Below are positions 61,679-64,000 of a stretch of 64,000 bases of DNA, in pieces. Made by a program: the position numbers and the translations under genes. The stretch's first letter is position 1. Each line of letters opens with the position of its first letter. This stretch comes from an uncultured Candidatus Peregrinibacteria bacterium (GTDB lineage: Bacteria > Patescibacteriota > Gracilibacteria > Peribacterales > Peribacteraceae), in assembly GCA_903825315.1 (NCBI GenBank), contig CAIKAD010000003.1, positions 11,053 through 75,052 on the forward strand. The letters run 5' to 3'. The notes under the pieces are model-generated. The model ran no database searches and had not been told where the DNA came from. It worked only from the letters and a program-made list of their open reading frames with translations.

Positions 61679-62422
61679 TCAGGCGGAATGAGTTGTCTGG
61701 ACGGAAGCGGACGAACGGCCGAACCGGATGCGCAACACGGAGAGGAACGCTTCGGAAATCTCCTTGAAGGAGAGGTTTGATTGGCCGCGGCGCCGGTTGA
61801 TGAAGAGCGTAGGCACTTCGCCCACCGTGAGCCTCTTGCGATACAACTGGTACGCCACTTCCGAAAGAACCACATAGCCTTTAGCAACGATACGATCCAT
61901 CTCCAGCGCTTCCACGGCGGAGCGGCGGTAGGCGCGGAAGCCGTTGGTGTAATCGTAGATGGGAATGCGGAGAATGGCGCGGGCGTAGCGGTTGGCAAGC
62001 GCGCTGAATATCGTGCGCCGCCAACCCCAACCGCGGATCTCACTCTTCCTGAGGTACCGCGATCCCACCACCCAGTCATACTGCGCAAGTGCCGCGAGGA
62101 GAGACGGAATCTCTTCCGGACGATGCGAGAAATCCGCGTCCATCTCCATCAGCGCCTGATAATCCCGTTCCAAACCGAACGTCAGTCCCGCCAGAACTGC
62201 GGAGCCTCTCCCCCCCTTGCCCGCTCTCTCGATAAGATGCAACCGGTTGAGATATGTTCCCTGCAGTTCCCGCACAATCTGCGCCGTACCATCCGGTGAC
62301 CCGTCATCCACAACGAGAACGTCCAGGGCAGGGGAGAGTGAGAGGTCGGCCTCAATCAACGACGCGATGTTCTCGCGCTCGTTGAAGCTGGGGATGATGA
62401 CCAGCGTGTGCGGTAGGTCCAT
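61679..62422 (-). CDS. polyprenyl-phosphate glycosyltransferase (DPM1-like GT2)
   Basis: LVIIPSFNEREN, VLVVDDGSPDGT, EMDADFSH and GSRY motifs. Confidence 0.8.
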   Translation of the reverse strand: MDLPHTLVIIPSFNERENIASLIEADLSLSPALDVLVVDDGSPDGTAQIVRELQGTYLNRLHLIERAGKGGRGSAVLAGLTFGLERDYQALMEMDADFSHRPEEIPSLLAALAQYDWVVGSRYLRKSEIRGWGWRRTIFSALANRYARAILRIPIYDYTNGFRAYRRSAVEALEMDRIVAKGYVVLSEVAYQLYRKRLTVGEVPTLFINRRRGQSNLSFKEISEAFLSVLRIRFGRSSASVQTTHSA

Positions 62423-62432
62423 GGAAAGAATC

Positions 62433-63344
62433 CTACCGTTGTGCGTTGTACCAGTCGAGCGTCCTCTTCAAGCCTTCCCCCAGCGGTGTCCATGCCATAC
62501 CGTTCAGAGATGGATGAGGTAACGGGAATTCCAATGCCAGCTTTCCTTCCGGCTTGGAATCGTCGAAGCGCAACTCTTTGCCCTGTGCAACGAGATCACG
62601 GATCTGCTCTGCGAGCTTTTTGACCGTCACGGTCTCCGGGGAAGCCAGATACTGAATGCCGGACGCTTCGGCTTCCGCAAGGACGATCAGCGCGCGTACG
62701 ACGTCTTCAACGTACAGGAACGACCGCTTCGCCTTGCCGCTCCCCCACACATCAATAATCTCCGATTCCTTCGCCTTGACCATGAGAGACGGAATGACGT
62801 TCCCCTCCAGACTGAAGAGATCCCGCGGGCCGTAGATGCCAACGGGCCGGACAGTAAGAAGAGGGAAGTGGTACTGCCGTGACGCAGTGAGCCAGATCAT
62901 CTCGCTTGCCGCCTTGCCAAGTGCATATCCATCGGTCTCCGATGCTTCGGATACGGAGAGAAGTGATAGCGGCTCCGGCACCGTTGCGCTGCTCACGAAG
63001 GTGACGGGAATCGGCTTCTGGGTGACAGATGCCGACAATGCGAGGGACATGCGGATATTGTCCGCGGCAATCTCTCCGGCAAGCCGGCGATGCTCCGCCA
63101 CGTTCTTCCGCCGTGAGGCGAGATGGAAGAGTCGATCCGCACCATCGAGAAGCTTCTGGCAGAAATTTGGATCACGCAGGTCGCCATCCAGAAATTCGAT
63201 GCCAGCGACGTTCTTCAGAAACCCCTGGTCACCCTTGAAGACCGGCACACGGACTACGGCACCACGCCGAAGAAGTTCCTCCACGAGAAAACTTCCCATG
63301 AATCCCGATCCGCCCGTCACGACGATACGTTCATCGGTGAACAT
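62433..63344 (-). CDS. NAD-dependent epimerase/reductase (SDR), possibly acting on the Gmd product
   Basis: VVTGGSGFMGSFL and YALGKAASE. Sits directly downstream of gmd. Confidence 0.65.
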   Translation of the reverse strand: MFTDERIVVTGGSGFMGSFLVEELLRRGAVVRVPVFKGDQGFLKNVAGIEFLDGDLRDPNFCQKLLDGADRLFHLASRRKNVAEHRRLAGEIAADNIRMSLALSASVTQKPIPVTFVSSATVPEPLSLLSVSEASETDGYALGKAASEMIWLTASRQYHFPLLTVRPVGIYGPRDLFSLEGNVIPSLMVKAKESEIIDVWGSGKAKRSFLYVEDVVRALIVLAEAEASGIQYLASPETVTVKKLAEQIRDLVAQGKELRFDDSKPEGKLALEFPLPHPSLNGMAWTPLGEGLKRTLDWYNAQR

Positions 63345-63347
63345 GAA

Positions 63348-64000
63348 TCAGGGGACGGAAGCGAACCGCTTGCTTCCCTTGCGCATCGGCAGGGAAGAGG
63401 AGACATCGGAACGGAAGGAGACGCCTTCGTGCGCACAATCCGCCCCCAGCATGATCGCTGCCAACTCGGAAAGCGATGTCTTGGCTTCCCAATCGAGGAT
63501 CCGCTTGGCCTTGGACGGATCTCCGATGAGCAGATCCACTTCCGCCGGGCGCCGGTAGCGCGTATCCACAGCCACAATCACCTTGCCGGAGCGCTTGTCG
63601 ACATAGTGCTCCGACGTGTCGTTCCCCTCGCGGACGAAGGGAATGCCGAGGTGCTGGAGACAGAGCTCCAGGAACTCGCGCACCGCAGCCGTGCGACCCG
63701 TGGCGAGGACGTAATCATCTGCCTTCTCCTGCTGCAGCATGCGCCACATTCCTTCCACGTACTCCGGCGCATAGCCCCAGTCGCGCTTGGCATCCAGGTT
63801 TCCAAGATACAAACACTCCTGCTTCCCGGCGAGGATGCGCGCGAGCGTCATGGTGATCTTGCGCGTGACGAAGTTCTCGCCCCGCCGCGGCGACTCGTGG
63901 TTAAACAGAATCCCGTTGACCGCGAACATCCCGTACGCCTCGCGGTAGTTGCGTGTCATGTGGAACGCGTACGCCTTGGCGCAGCCATAGGGGCTGCGGG
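63348..64000 (-). CDS. gmd: GDP-mannose 4,6-dehydratase (5' end beyond window)
   Basis: [48 protein letters not shown]. The frame stays open to the window edge. Confidence 0.9.
   Translation of the reverse strand, partial: RSPYGCAKAYAFHMTRNYREAYGMFAVNGILFNHESPRRGENFVTRKITMTLARILAGKQECLYLGNLDAKRDWGYAPEYVEGMWRMLQQEKADDYVLATGRTAAVREFLELCLQHLGIPFVREGNDTSEHYVDKRSGKVIVAVDTRYRRPAEVDLLIGDPSKAKRILDWEAKTSLSELAAIMLGADCAHEGVSFRSDVSSSLPMRKGSKRFASVP

Noticed and set aside
60388-62088. 566-aa version of the membrane protein
   Set aside because: The first 138 residues are Arg/Ser/Pro/Ala-rich and overlap the well-supported GT2 gene in another frame. The ATG at 61674, 5 nt after the GT2 stop, gives a normal hydrophobic N-terminus.

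Overview
This is a GC-rich, densely packed bacterial chromosomal segment. I support about 66 CDS and 1 tRNA. I saw no rRNA, CRISPR array, transposase or integrase gene. All similarity and structure calls were made by eye, with no searches or folding.

Gene content:
- Folate and thymidylate genes: folB, folK, folE, folA, thyA.
- Translation genes: gatB, efp, infC-rpmI-rplT, trmD, def, and prfB with the classical +1 frameshift.
- secD, guaA, a 2-oxoacid:ferredoxin oxidoreductase pair, gpmA, and ahcY next to a PfkB kinase.
- An ECF sigma / anti-sigma pair, nth, a DnaQ-like exonuclease and a PHP-less PolX.
- A large envelope-glycan region at 27.5-33 kb and 52.8-64 kb. It includes mnaA/tagA-like genes, an O-antigen-ligase-like gene, ugd, a UDP-GlcA epimerase, two GT2 + GT-C modules, gmd and SDR enzymes.

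The gene set looks like a small-genome uncultivated lineage, but I cannot verify taxonomy.

Main signals not explained by ordinary annotation:
1. Most intergenic spacers carry AT-rich, low-complexity inverted-repeat elements. Some share conserved apical cores. One ~200-bp back-to-back promoter cassette is present twice in opposite orientation, upstream of glycan genes.
2. An untracked 56-aa ORF resembles a bacterial singlet histone-fold protein.
3. SecD has a complete parvulin PPIase domain inserted in its periplasmic region.
4. A 15-nt duplication of the tRNA-Ser 3' end brackets a 91-bp mini-palindrome.
5. A ~0.9-kb stretch has no convincing ORF and several hairpins.
6. Promoter-like boxes recur 6-12 nt upstream of ATG codons that lack a Shine-Dalgarno sequence.
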